Shown: positions 1 to 8,425 of the stretch, piece after piece | How positions within the stretch are numbered: the first letter of the stretch is position 1 | How the letters are laid out: each line of letters opens with the position of its first letter | Assembly: GCA_016219065.1 (NCBI GenBank) | Contig: JACRCK010000073.1 | Location: 1 to 50,121, forward strand | Direction: 5' to 3' | DNA length: 50,121 nt | Origin: Deltaproteobacteria bacterium | GTDB taxonomy: Bacteria > Desulfobacterota > RBG-13-43-22 | Notes under the pieces: model-generated | The model's input: the letters and a program-made list of their open reading frames with translations, nothing else | Told to the model about the DNA's origin: nothing | Databases searched by the model: none | Translations under genes and position numbers: made by a program

Positions 1-675
1 AAGGGAATCTGGGCCGGGGCTGATTGGATTGGAGAGTGAAAGGCGTGCCGGAATCTTCAAAAACGGATCTGGATAAAAACAACCATCAGGATTGGCTGAT
101 CCTGTCCATTATTTTCTGGGTAATTTTTATACTGCTGGTAAGCATCGGGTACCTGTCCGATCCCCATTACATCCCGCCGCTAGGATTCTAGTTTCAAAAT
201 TGGTTCCGAGAAGTTATCTCGCCCCGTCAAAATAACGATATTTTAAATTCGAAATTCGAAGCACTAAATTCGAAACAAAGGGCAATGTTCAAAATTCAAA
301 TGACCGAAACAACAACTCCGGCTAGATCTAAAGGGTTTCGGAGTCACAATACCTCCGGCAAAGCCGAAGGCTTGAAATATACTGCCCCTCATTTGAATTT
401 GTTTCGAATTTCGGGCTTCGAATTTCGAATTTAAAGATGTCTTATTTGACGGGGCGAGGTAAATTCTCGGAATTGACTTTGAATCTAAAATCCTAGCGGC
501 GGAGTATAATGGGGATCGGACAGGTACCCGATACTCACCAGCAGTATAAAAATTACCCAGAAAATAATGGACAGGATCAGCCAATCCTGATGGTTGTTTT
601 TATCCAAATCCGTTTTTAAGGTTTCCGGCATGCCTTTCACTCTCCAATCCAACCAGCCCCGGCCCAGATTCTCTT
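1..675. repeat. Long imperfect inverted repeat (arms ~1-262 and ~415-675) around a REP-like core
   Basis: The reverse complement of 1-262 aligns to 415-675 with scattered, mostly transition, mismatches and a ~70-bp identical block (accagcagtataaaaattacccag...gtttttatcca). The left arm may extend beyond the window edge. Confidence 0.9.
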
Positions 676-795
676 TTCCAACCCGATCTTAAGGTCATTG
701 CATTATAATCCAAAATAAGGTAAAGACAACAGTTTAAATCCTTACCGGCGCAGCAAACGGCAAGGTCAGCATAAAGCCCAAGGAGACGACTTATC

Positions 796-3588
796 ATGAC
801 CCGTAAAAAATACATCTATGATTTTACCGAAGGCGACGGCAAGAACAAAAAACTGCTCGGCGGAAAAGGCGCCAATCTGTGCGAAATGACCCAGATCGGC
901 CTGCCCGTTCCCCCGGGTTTCGTCATTACCACCGAAGCCTGTCTCAAGTATTTCGACGAAGGGCAAAAGCTCCCTAAGGGCTTGATGGAGGAAGTGCGGC
1001 ACCATCTGGAGGCCCTGGAGAAAAAGACCGGCAAGGGCTTCGGATCCGGCACCAACCCCCTGCTGGTTTCCGTACGGTCCGGTTCGGCCCTCTCCATGCC
1101 GGGCATGATGGACACTATCCTGAACCTGGGGCTCAATGACGAGACGGCCCAGGCCCTGGCCCGCCAGACCAATAACGAACGATTCGTCTATGACGCCTAC
1201 CGCCGCTTTCTGCAGCTTTACGGGAAGATCGCCCTGGGCGTGGAAGACAGCCATTTTGATGCCGTCATGCATCTTTGCAAGAAGAAAGCCGGCGTCCAAC
1301 TGGATACGGAACTACAGGTCGAGCACTTGAAAGTGTTGGCTGAAGATTTCAAGGACGTGATCCAGCGTAAAACCGGCCAGGAATTTTCCGCCGACGTCTA
1401 CCAGCAGTTGGAACTGGCCATCGAGGCCGTCTTTGGCTCCTGGATGGGCAAGCGGGCCATCGATTACCGGCGCGAATTCAACATCACCCCGGAGCTGGCC
1501 AACGGGACGGCGGTCAATATCGTTTCCATGGTTTTCGGCAACATGGGCGAGACCAGCGCCACCGGTGTCGGGTTTACCCGGGACCCCGGGACCGGCGAGA
1601 ATCGTATTTACGGAGAATACCTGATCAATGCCCAGGGCGAAGATGTCGTGGCCGGGATCCGCACCCCCAAACCCATCCATGAACTCCGGAAGGACATGCC
1701 CAAAGTTTACCGGGAACTGGTCAACCTGCGCTTGACCCTGGAGGACCATTACCGGGAAGTCCAGGATTTCGAGTTTACCATCGAAAACGGAGAATTATAT
1801 TGTCTGCAGACCCGTAACGGAAAGATGAACGCCTGGGCCCTGGTGCGGACCTCGATGGAGATGCAGAACCAGGGGTTGATCACCGAGGAGCAGGCCCTGC
1901 TGCGCATCAAGCCGGAAGACCTGGAGCAGCTCCTCCATCCCCAGATCGATCCCAATGTCAAACTCCAAGCCCTGGCCGTCGGCATTCCCGCCTCCCCCGG
2001 CGCCGCCACCGGCAAGATCGTGTTGGATGCTGATCGGGCCGAAGTGCAGGGACGGGAGGGGGAAAAGATCCTGCTGGTCCGGGAGGAAACCAAACCGGAA
2101 GATATCCACGGTTTTTTTGCCGCCCAGGGAATACTGACCAGCCGGGGCGGGAAAACCTCCCATGCCGCCGTGGTGGCCCGGGGCATCGGCAAACCCTGCG
2201 TGGCCGGCTGCGAGGCCTTAAAAATCAACCTGGCCAAAAGAACGATCACCATCGGCGATACCCTCTTCCGAGAAGGGGATACCCTGACCATCGACGGGTC
2301 CAACGGTACCATTTATCCCGGAGACGTCCCGCTGGTGGAGCCGGAATTCATGTCGGATCTGCTCAAGGTCCTGGATGAGGCCGATCATATGAGCCGTCTT
2401 AAGGTCATGGCCAATACCGACACCCCGGACGGCGCCCGCAAGGCCCGGAAATACGGGGCCCAGGGCATCGGCCTCTGCCGCACCGAACGGATGTTCAACG
2501 CGACGGACCGGCTGCCGATCATGCAGCGCCTGATCATGGCCGAAAACCCGGAAGACCGCCGAACCGCCATCGAGGAATTGCTCCCTTTTCAGAAAGAGGA
2601 TTTCAAGGAAATCTTTCGGGCCATGGAAGGACTGCCGGTGACTATCCGCCTGCTGGACCCGCCCATTCATGAATTTCTGCCCCGGGCCGAAGAAGTGGTT
2701 CAGGAGATCGACCAGTTGAAGGAATTCTCTCGGGACCTGCAGGGCATCATGGCCCTGCCGGAAACCATCAAACTCCTGGATCCCGACCTGCACAAGTATA
2801 TCAGCCTGATCGAACTCATGAATAAGGGCATTGTCGAGATCCAGGAAAAAGGCATGATCGAGCAACTCCTGGGTCAAAAAATCAAACTGTTGGGGAAAAT
2901 CCGGGCCCTCTCGGAAATCAACCCCATGCTGGGACACCGCGGGATCCGCCTGGGCATCTCCTATCCGGAAATTTACGAGATGCAGATCCGGGCCATCCTC
3001 GAAGCGGCGGTCGAGGTGACCGCCGAAGGGCTAGCGGTGCTGCCGGAGATTATGATCCCCCAGGTCTGCGCCCTCAATGAATTAAAATGGGCCAAGGTCC
3101 TGGTCGATGAGGTCCACCGGAAAGTAGCGGCCCAATACCAGCAAGCGGTCCCCTACAAGTTCGGGACCATGATCGAAGTGGTTCGGGCCTGCATGCGGGC
3201 CGGGCGTCTGGCCGAAATCGCCGACTTCTTTTCCTTCGGGACCAACGACCTGACCCAATCCACTTTTTCCTTCTCCCGGGAGGATGCCGAAAACCGCTTC
3301 CTGCCCCTGTACGAAAGACACAAGATCCTGGAGCATAATCCCTTTGAAGAATTGGACGAAAAGAGCGTCGGCCGCTTGATGGAGATGACCATTGAATGGG
3401 GAAGAAAAACCAAGACCGATCTTAAAATCGGCATCTGCGGGGAGCACGGCGGCCAGCCCCAGGCCATCTACTTTTGCAATAAAATCGGGGTGAACTACGT
3501 TTCCTGTTCACCGCTCCGGATCCCCATTGCCCGTTTGGCGGCCGCCCACGCCGTCTTAGCCGATAAGCCGGTGGATAAGGCCCTCTAA
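796..3588 (+). CDS. ppdK: Pyruvate, phosphate dikinase
   Basis: 930 aa. Motifs LLGGKGANL, SVRSG..SMPGMMDTILNLG, phospho-His motif GGKTSHAAVVARG, GIGLCRTE, FSFGTNDLTQ, GICGEHGG. AGGAG RBS upstream. Confidence 0.97.
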   Translation: MTRKKYIYDFTEGDGKNKKLLGGKGANLCEMTQIGLPVPPGFVITTEACLKYFDEGQKLPKGLMEEVRHHLEALEKKTGKGFGSGTNPLLVSVRSGSALSMPGMMDTILNLGLNDETAQALARQTNNERFVYDAYRRFLQLYGKIALGVEDSHFDAVMHLCKKKAGVQLDTELQVEHLKVLAEDFKDVIQRKTGQEFSADVYQQLELAIEAVFGSWMGKRAIDYRREFNITPELANGTAVNIVSMVFGNMGETSATGVGFTRDPGTGENRIYGEYLINAQGEDVVAGIRTPKPIHELRKDMPKVYRELVNLRLTLEDHYREVQDFEFTIENGELYCLQTRNGKMNAWALVRTSMEMQNQGLITEEQALLRIKPEDLEQLLHPQIDPNVKLQALAVGIPASPGAATGKIVLDADRAEVQGREGEKILLVREETKPEDIHGFFAAQGILTSRGGKTSHAAVVARGIGKPCVAGCEALKINLAKRTITIGDTLFREGDTLTIDGSNGTIYPGDVPLVEPEFMSDLLKVLDEADHMSRLKVMANTDTPDGARKARKYGAQGIGLCRTERMFNATDRLPIMQRLIMAENPEDRRTAIEELLPFQKEDFKEIFRAMEGLPVTIRLLDPPIHEFLPRAEEVVQEIDQLKEFSRDLQGIMALPETIKLLDPDLHKYISLIELMNKGIVEIQEKGMIEQLLGQKIKLLGKIRALSEINPMLGHRGIRLGISYPEIYEMQIRAILEAAVEVTAEGLAVLPEIMIPQVCALNELKWAKVLVDEVHRKVAAQYQQAVPYKFGTMIEVVRACMRAGRLAEIADFFSFGTNDLTQSTFSFSREDAENRFLPLYERHKILEHNPFEELDEKSVGRLMEMTIEWGRKTKTDLKIGICGEHGGQPQAIYFCNKIGVNYVSCSPLRIPIARLAAAHAVLADKPVDKAL

Positions 3589-3860
3589 GATCAGAGATCA
3601 GAGGGCAGAGGGCAGAGAACAGAGGTCAGAGGTCAGACCGGAGGGTTAATCGGTAGGGCGCGATCGCCGAGCGCGCCGCCCCTCTAATAGACGAACGTCC
3701 AACATCGAACGTTCAACATCGAACATCGAATGGAAAAAGACAGAGAGCAAAGACAGGGGATCAGGGATCAGCGTTGTAGGATGGGTAGAGTGAAACGAAA
3801 CCCAACACACCAAGTTCCGTCATTCCCGTTGAGTTTCGAGTTGCTCCACCCAACCTGCAT
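3588..3860. repeat. Mosaic of REP-like repeats between convergent ppdK and rmlD
   Basis: Period-7 NNNCAGA run (3588-3637); GGTAGGGCGCGATCGCCGAGCGCGCCGCC (3652-3680, also at 8251 and 8356); AACATCG run (3692-3731); GTAG-headed inverted pair gtaggatgggtagag...ctccacccaacctgc (3776-3858). Confidence 0.8.
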
Positions 3861-3911
3861 TTTTATAGACAAAAGAGAAAGTGGGAGGGAACGAGCGGAT
3901 GCTTCTTCCCT

Positions 3912-4763
3912 TTATCCTTGTTTGAGCGTGGCGATGAACTGCTTCAAAGCTTCCTGCCAGTCGAGGGGTTCGTATCCGGTACCCATGGTCAGATAGCTGG
4001 TATCCAGCACCGAATAGGCTGGCCGCCTGGCTGGCCTCTTTATTTCGGCGGCGGAGGCGGGCCGCACTTCCAGATCCGAACCCACGGCCTTTAAAATAGC
4101 CTGAGTGAAATCAAACCAACTGATCCCGCCTTTGGTTTGGTCGGTCAGGTGGTATAAACCGTACAATCCGGTTTCCAGCAACGCGGAAAGACCTCGGGAA
4201 AAGTTGACCGTCCAGGTGGGTGACATGATCTGATCGGCCACCACCGACAGGGACTGCCCTTCTTGGACCTTCTGCAGGATGGTGGCGACGAAATTGGGAC
4301 CGGATTTGCCGTAGAGGGAGCTAGTCCGGACGATATAAAAATTTCGCAGCAGCGTTTGAATCAGACACTCCCCGGCCCACTTGGAGGCCCCGTAGGCATT
4401 GACCGGGCCGGGGACATCCCAGGGCAGGTAGGGCTTGTGCGCGCGGCCGTCGAACACGTAGTCGGTACTGATCTGGCACAGGGCCGCCCCGGTCTCCCGA
4501 CAGGCCAGGGCCAGGTAATGGACCCCCAGGGCATTGACCCTGAAGGCCTCTTCCCGGCTGGTTTCGGCGCCGTCCACGTTGGTATAACCCGCACAGTTGA
4601 CGACCACTTCCGGCCGGCAAGACCTGAGCCGCTCGGTCACGGCGGCCCGATCGGTGATGTCCAGATCATTGATCGAGCAAGGAACCACCTCGTGTCGCTC
4701 CATCAGGATGGGGATCAAATCAGCGGTCAAGAGACCGGGGACTCCGGTTACCAGCAGCCGCAT
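3912..4763 (-). CDS. rmlD: dTDP-4-dehydrorhamnose reductase
   Basis: NCAGYTNVDGAE, ISTDYVFDG, YGASK (YxxxK), RPARRPAYSVLD; adjacent to rmlB. Confidence 0.93.
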   Translation of the reverse strand: MRLLVTGVPGLLTADLIPILMERHEVVPCSINDLDITDRAAVTERLRSCRPEVVVNCAGYTNVDGAETSREEAFRVNALGVHYLALACRETGAALCQISTDYVFDGRAHKPYLPWDVPGPVNAYGASKWAGECLIQTLLRNFYIVRTSSLYGKSGPNFVATILQKVQEGQSLSVVADQIMSPTWTVNFSRGLSALLETGLYGLYHLTDQTKGGISWFDFTQAILKAVGSDLEVRPASAAEIKRPARRPAYSVLDTSYLTMGTGYEPLDWQEALKQFIATLKQG

Positions 4764-5797
4764 TACTTACTCCAGAAGCCCTGGCTTTCCCGGGCCAACC
4801 GGGCCTTCAGGGGCTGCCACCAGTCCGGATGCTCCTGGTACCAGCGGACGGTCCGGGCCAGCCCGTTGGAAAAACAGGTCTGCGGTTCCCAGCCGAGCTC
4901 GCTTTTGATCTTGCGGTTGCTGAGGGCGTAGCGCAGGTCGTGACCGGGGCGGTCGGTTACGTTACGGAGCCATTCTTCCCCTTTTCCCAGTAGGGTCAGC
5001 ACTTCCCGGGCCAGGTCGATATTCCTTTTTTCCGACTCCCCGCCCACGTTGAAGGCTTCCCCGATTTTACCGAGTGAAAGGACCCGGTCGATGGCCCGGC
5101 AGGCGTCTTCCACGAACAGCCAGTCTCGGACGTTTTCCCCTTGTCCATATACCGGTACCTGCTGTCCTTCCAGAAGATTGGTGATCATCATAGGGATGAA
5201 CTTCTCCGTGAATTGGTAGGGACCGGAATTGTTGGAGGGGCGCACGGTCAGGGTCGGAAAACGAAAGGTTTCGAAATAAGACCGGACCAGGAGATCTCCG
5301 CTGGCCTTGCTGGCCGAATAGGGCGAGTTGGGACGAAAAGGGGTCTCTTCGGTGAAAATCCCCTCCAGACCCAAGGTGCCGTAGACCTCGTCGGTCGAGA
5401 CATGGAGAAAGCGGAAGGCCGGCGATTGCCCGAACTGGTTCAGCCAGGCATCCTTGAAGACCTCGAGCAGGGTGTGCGTGCCCAGAACGTTGGTCCGGAT
5501 GAATTCCTTGGATCCGTGAATGGAGCGGTCCACATGAGATTCGGCCGCGAAATGGACCACGGCCTGAAAGGGAAACCGGTAAATCAGGTCCTTAAGCAGC
5601 GCCTCGTCGAGGATATCGCCTTCCTGAAAATGGTACCAGGGATCGAAGGCCAGATCCCGGAGGTTTTCCGGATTGGCCGAGTAGGTCAATTTATCCAGAT
5701 TGACGATCTCCACCTCCGGATGGGCCTGGTGATAATAACGGATGAAATTGGACCCGATAAACCCCAGACCGCCGGTAACTAAGATGGTTTTCCCCAT
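4763..5797 (-). CDS. rmlB: dTDP-glucose 4,6-dehydratase
   Basis: VTGGLGFIGSNF, HFAAESHVDRSI, HVSTDEVYG, PYSASKA, DRPGHDLRY. Confidence 0.96.
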   Translation of the reverse strand: MGKTILVTGGLGFIGSNFIRYYHQAHPEVEIVNLDKLTYSANPENLRDLAFDPWYHFQEGDILDEALLKDLIYRFPFQAVVHFAAESHVDRSIHGSKEFIRTNVLGTHTLLEVFKDAWLNQFGQSPAFRFLHVSTDEVYGTLGLEGIFTEETPFRPNSPYSASKASGDLLVRSYFETFRFPTLTVRPSNNSGPYQFTEKFIPMMITNLLEGQQVPVYGQGENVRDWLFVEDACRAIDRVLSLGKIGEAFNVGGESEKRNIDLAREVLTLLGKGEEWLRNVTDRPGHDLRYALSNRKIKSELGWEPQTCFSNGLARTVRWYQEHPDWWQPLKARLARESQGFWSK

Positions 5798-5822
5798 AGC
5801 TATTTTTTCCTAATTTAAGGTT

Positions 5823-5960
5823 AAATCCGAAATTCGAAGCACGAAATCCGAAACAAGCACGAAGGTCAAAAATTCAAATGACCAAAACAAAGAACGTTTC
5901 GAAATTTTAATTTTGATCATTTGAATTTGTTTCGAATTTCGGATTTCGGATTTCGAATTT
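5823..5960. repeat. Heptamer-periodic inverted repeat (AAAT[C/T]CG family)
   Basis: aaatccgaaattcgaagcacgaaatccgaaacaa...aaattcaaatgacc / ...tttcgaatttcggatttcggatttcgaattt. Related copies at ~245-435, ~9865-9900, ~11100-11205 and ~11962-12090. Confidence 0.85.
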
Positions 5961-7026
5961 ATACTTCAACGACTCCATTGTCCCCAATCAGCAGCCGTAA
6001 AGCCTTGGACTGCTTCTGGCCCAAGATCACCCGGGATTCCCGGCCGATCAAACTGTCCTCCAGCCGGGGGATGTTTTCGATCAGGCAATGGTTCAAGATA
6101 ACGGAATGCTCCACCACCGAATGGAAGACCCGGGTATGGGGACCGATGGTAGTATAAGGGCCGATGAAAGAATCGATGATCTCGGCTTCTTCCCCGATGA
6201 CCACGGGTCCCCGGATCGTGCTGTTGACCACCTTGACCCCGGTGCCCAGACTGACCCGGCCGATGATCTGGCTCTGGGCATCGCACTGGCCGCAGACGTT
6301 ACGTTTGACATAATCGTCCAGCACGATGGTATTGGCCGCTAGAAAATCGTCCTTTTTCCCGGTATCCAGCCACCAGCCTTCCAGTTTATGTCCCTTCACC
6401 TGGCCCTTCATGTTCATCAGTTCCTGAATGGCGTCGGTAATCTCCAGTTCTCCCCGGGCCGAGGGCTTGATGCGGTCGATGGCCTCATGAATGCGGGGTG
6501 AAAAAAAATAGATCCCCACCAGGGCCAGATTGGAGGGCGGATTCTTCGGCTTTTCGATCAGCTTGGTGATCCGTCCCTTTTTATCCAGCACCGCCACCCC
6601 GAAGGAACTGGGGTTATCCACCTCTTTGAGGAATAGAAAGGCATCCAGCTTCTCTTCCAGGAATCGCTCCCGGTACCCCTTGATCCCCTCGGCCAGCAGG
6701 TTGTCCCCCAGGTACATGACAAAGGGTGAGTCGCCCAGAAAGGGCTTGGCCGTCTTCACCGCGTGGGCCAGCCCCAGGGGTTGATCCTGAAGGATATAGG
6801 TCACCTTCAGTTTCCAGCGTTTTCCTTCTTTTAAAAAGGCTCGAACGTCCTCCTGGGTCTCCGGAGCTACGATCACCCCCACCTCTTTGATCCCGGCGTC
6901 TTCCAGATGCTGAAATACGTAACCCAATATAGGCTCGTTGGCCACGGGAACCAGTTGCTTAGCCATCGTATGGGTGATGGGCCTTAGGCGGGTTCCTTTC
7001 CCTCCGGAGAGTACTAAAGCCTTCAT
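5959..7026 (-). CDS. rmlA: Glucose-1-phosphate thymidylyltransferase (long form)
   Basis: LSGGKGTRLRPITHTMAKQLVPVAN, QPLGLAHAV, LGDN, SARGELEITDA, WWLDTGK, plus a C-terminal beta-helix-like tail. Confidence 0.93.
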   Translation of the reverse strand: MKALVLSGGKGTRLRPITHTMAKQLVPVANEPILGYVFQHLEDAGIKEVGVIVAPETQEDVRAFLKEGKRWKLKVTYILQDQPLGLAHAVKTAKPFLGDSPFVMYLGDNLLAEGIKGYRERFLEEKLDAFLFLKEVDNPSSFGVAVLDKKGRITKLIEKPKNPPSNLALVGIYFFSPRIHEAIDRIKPSARGELEITDAIQELMNMKGQVKGHKLEGWWLDTGKKDDFLAANTIVLDDYVKRNVCGQCDAQSQIIGRVSLGTGVKVVNSTIRGPVVIGEEAEIIDSFIGPYTTIGPHTRVFHSVVEHSVILNHCLIENIPRLEDSLIGRESRVILGQKQSKALRLLIGDNGVVEV

Positions 7027-7173
7027 AGGCTTCCTTTCTTACAGTGGAAAATTATTTTCTCGTTCAACTATCTAAGCGAAATTCCGTCCAAAAGTCAAGG
7101 ATTCCAACCCAATTTCATTATTTTTTTAGGGCCCACTATCCAACTTGACAGACGAAGTGGGATCATTTAAAAC

Positions 7174-7203
7174 TGTTAACTTGAAATTTAAACCAAGTTG
7201 ACA
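7174..7203 (+). promoter_or_regulatory. BirA-type biotin operator overlapping the bio promoter region
   Basis: TGTTAAC-N16-GTTGACA palindrome 13 nt upstream of the bioB start, matching the known BirA box (TGTtAAC-N14-16-GTTaACA). A TTGACA -35 hexamer lies at 7145-7150. Confidence 0.85.
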
Positions 7204-7216
7204 GAGGGAAGAAACA

Positions 7217-8284
7217 GTGCATTGGCAGGAAATAGAACTATACGCGAAAAAAACAGTGGCCGGCGGATCCTTGACCCGCCAAGAGATCAACCGGCTGGCG
7301 AAAAACGATACACCGGAAGAGATCATGGCGCTGATTTTCTGGGCCGACAAGATCCGCCGGCAATTCAAAGGAGACGAAATCGACCTGTGCTCCATCATCA
7401 ACGCCAAATCCGGACGCTGCACCGAGGATTGCCGCTTCTGTGCCCAGTCGGCTCACCACCCGACCCGAATAGCGAGATATCCCCTGCTGCCGGAAAAGGA
7501 ATTGCTGGCGGCCGCCGCAGGGGCCGCCGCCTCGGGGGCCGGGCGGTTCAGCCTGGTCACCAGCGGGCGCTCGCTCCTTAAACCCGGCGAATTGGAACGG
7601 ATCTGCCGGGTCATTGCCCGGTTACGGGAACAAAAGGCCCTTAGCCCCTGCGCTTCCCTGGGTTTGTTGACCCCGGACCAGGCCCGAGCCCTCCAGGAAG
7701 CCGGACTGGTCCGTTATCACCACAACCTGGAGACCGGACCGGCATTTTACGGCTCCATTTGCAGCACCCATACCTTCGCCGACCGGGTCAAAACCTTGGA
7801 AATCGCCCGGGCCCAGGGGTTCAGCCTCTGTTCCGGAGGAATCTTCGGCTTGGGCGAAACGCTTAAAGATCGCCTTGACCTGGCCCTGACCTTAAAAAAA
7901 CTGCAGGTGGATTCGGTGCCCCTCAACTTCCTGAATCCCATTCCCAAAACCCCGCTGGAACACCAGCCCCCTTTGTCTCCCCTGGAAATATTGAAATCCA
8001 TCGCCCTTTTCCGCTTTATCCTTCCGCAGGCCGATATCCGCTCCTGCGGCGGCCGGGAAAAGGCCCTGCGGACCCTGCAGCCCCTGATGTACCTGGCCGG
8101 GTGCAACGGAACCATGATCGGCAATTACCTGACCACGGACGGGCGGGCGCCGGGGGAAGATATACAGGAGATTATCGATTTGGGGCTGATTCCAAAAACG
8201 CAAAGGGCAACGGACAAAGAACACAGAGGGATGAAGGAAACGAAAAAGGCGGTAGGGCGCGATCGCCGAGCGGGCCGCCTCTAG
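7217..8284 (+). CDS. bioB: Biotin synthase
   Basis: Radical SAM CTEDCRFC motif, YHHNLET, CSGGIFGLGE, VPLNFLNPI, GNYLTT; GTG start. The last ~30 aa run into repeat DNA. Confidence 0.96.
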   Translation: MHWQEIELYAKKTVAGGSLTRQEINRLAKNDTPEEIMALIFWADKIRRQFKGDEIDLCSIINAKSGRCTEDCRFCAQSAHHPTRIARYPLLPEKELLAAAAGAAASGAGRFSLVTSGRSLLKPGELERICRVIARLREQKALSPCASLGLLTPDQARALQEAGLVRYHHNLETGPAFYGSICSTHTFADRVKTLEIARAQGFSLCSGGIFGLGETLKDRLDLALTLKKLQVDSVPLNFLNPIPKTPLEHQPPLSPLEILKSIALFRFILPQADIRSCGGREKALRTLQPLMYLAGCNGTMIGNYLTTDGRAPGEDIQEIIDLGLIPKTQRATDKEHRGMKETKKAVGRDRRAGRL

Positions 8285-8425
8285 CAACCTAAGGACAGAG
8301 GGAAGCGGGAAGATGGGAGATGGAAGATGGGAGCAAAACACAGAAATCGAAAACAGGTAGGGCGCGATCGCCGAGCGCGCCGCCTCGTCTAGCCCTGAGA
8401 AAAGAGAGACGATGGAAGAGGGAAG

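Noticed and set aside
264-815. ORFs 264-584 and 600-815
   Set aside because: They lie within the inverted repeat and REP core, have no recognisable motifs, and are probably spurious.
3588-3860. Clustered short repeats as a CRISPR array (also 8250-8470 and 21860-22270)
   Set aside because: No constant-length repeat with unique, regularly sized spacers, and no cas genes. These are REP or periodic repeats.
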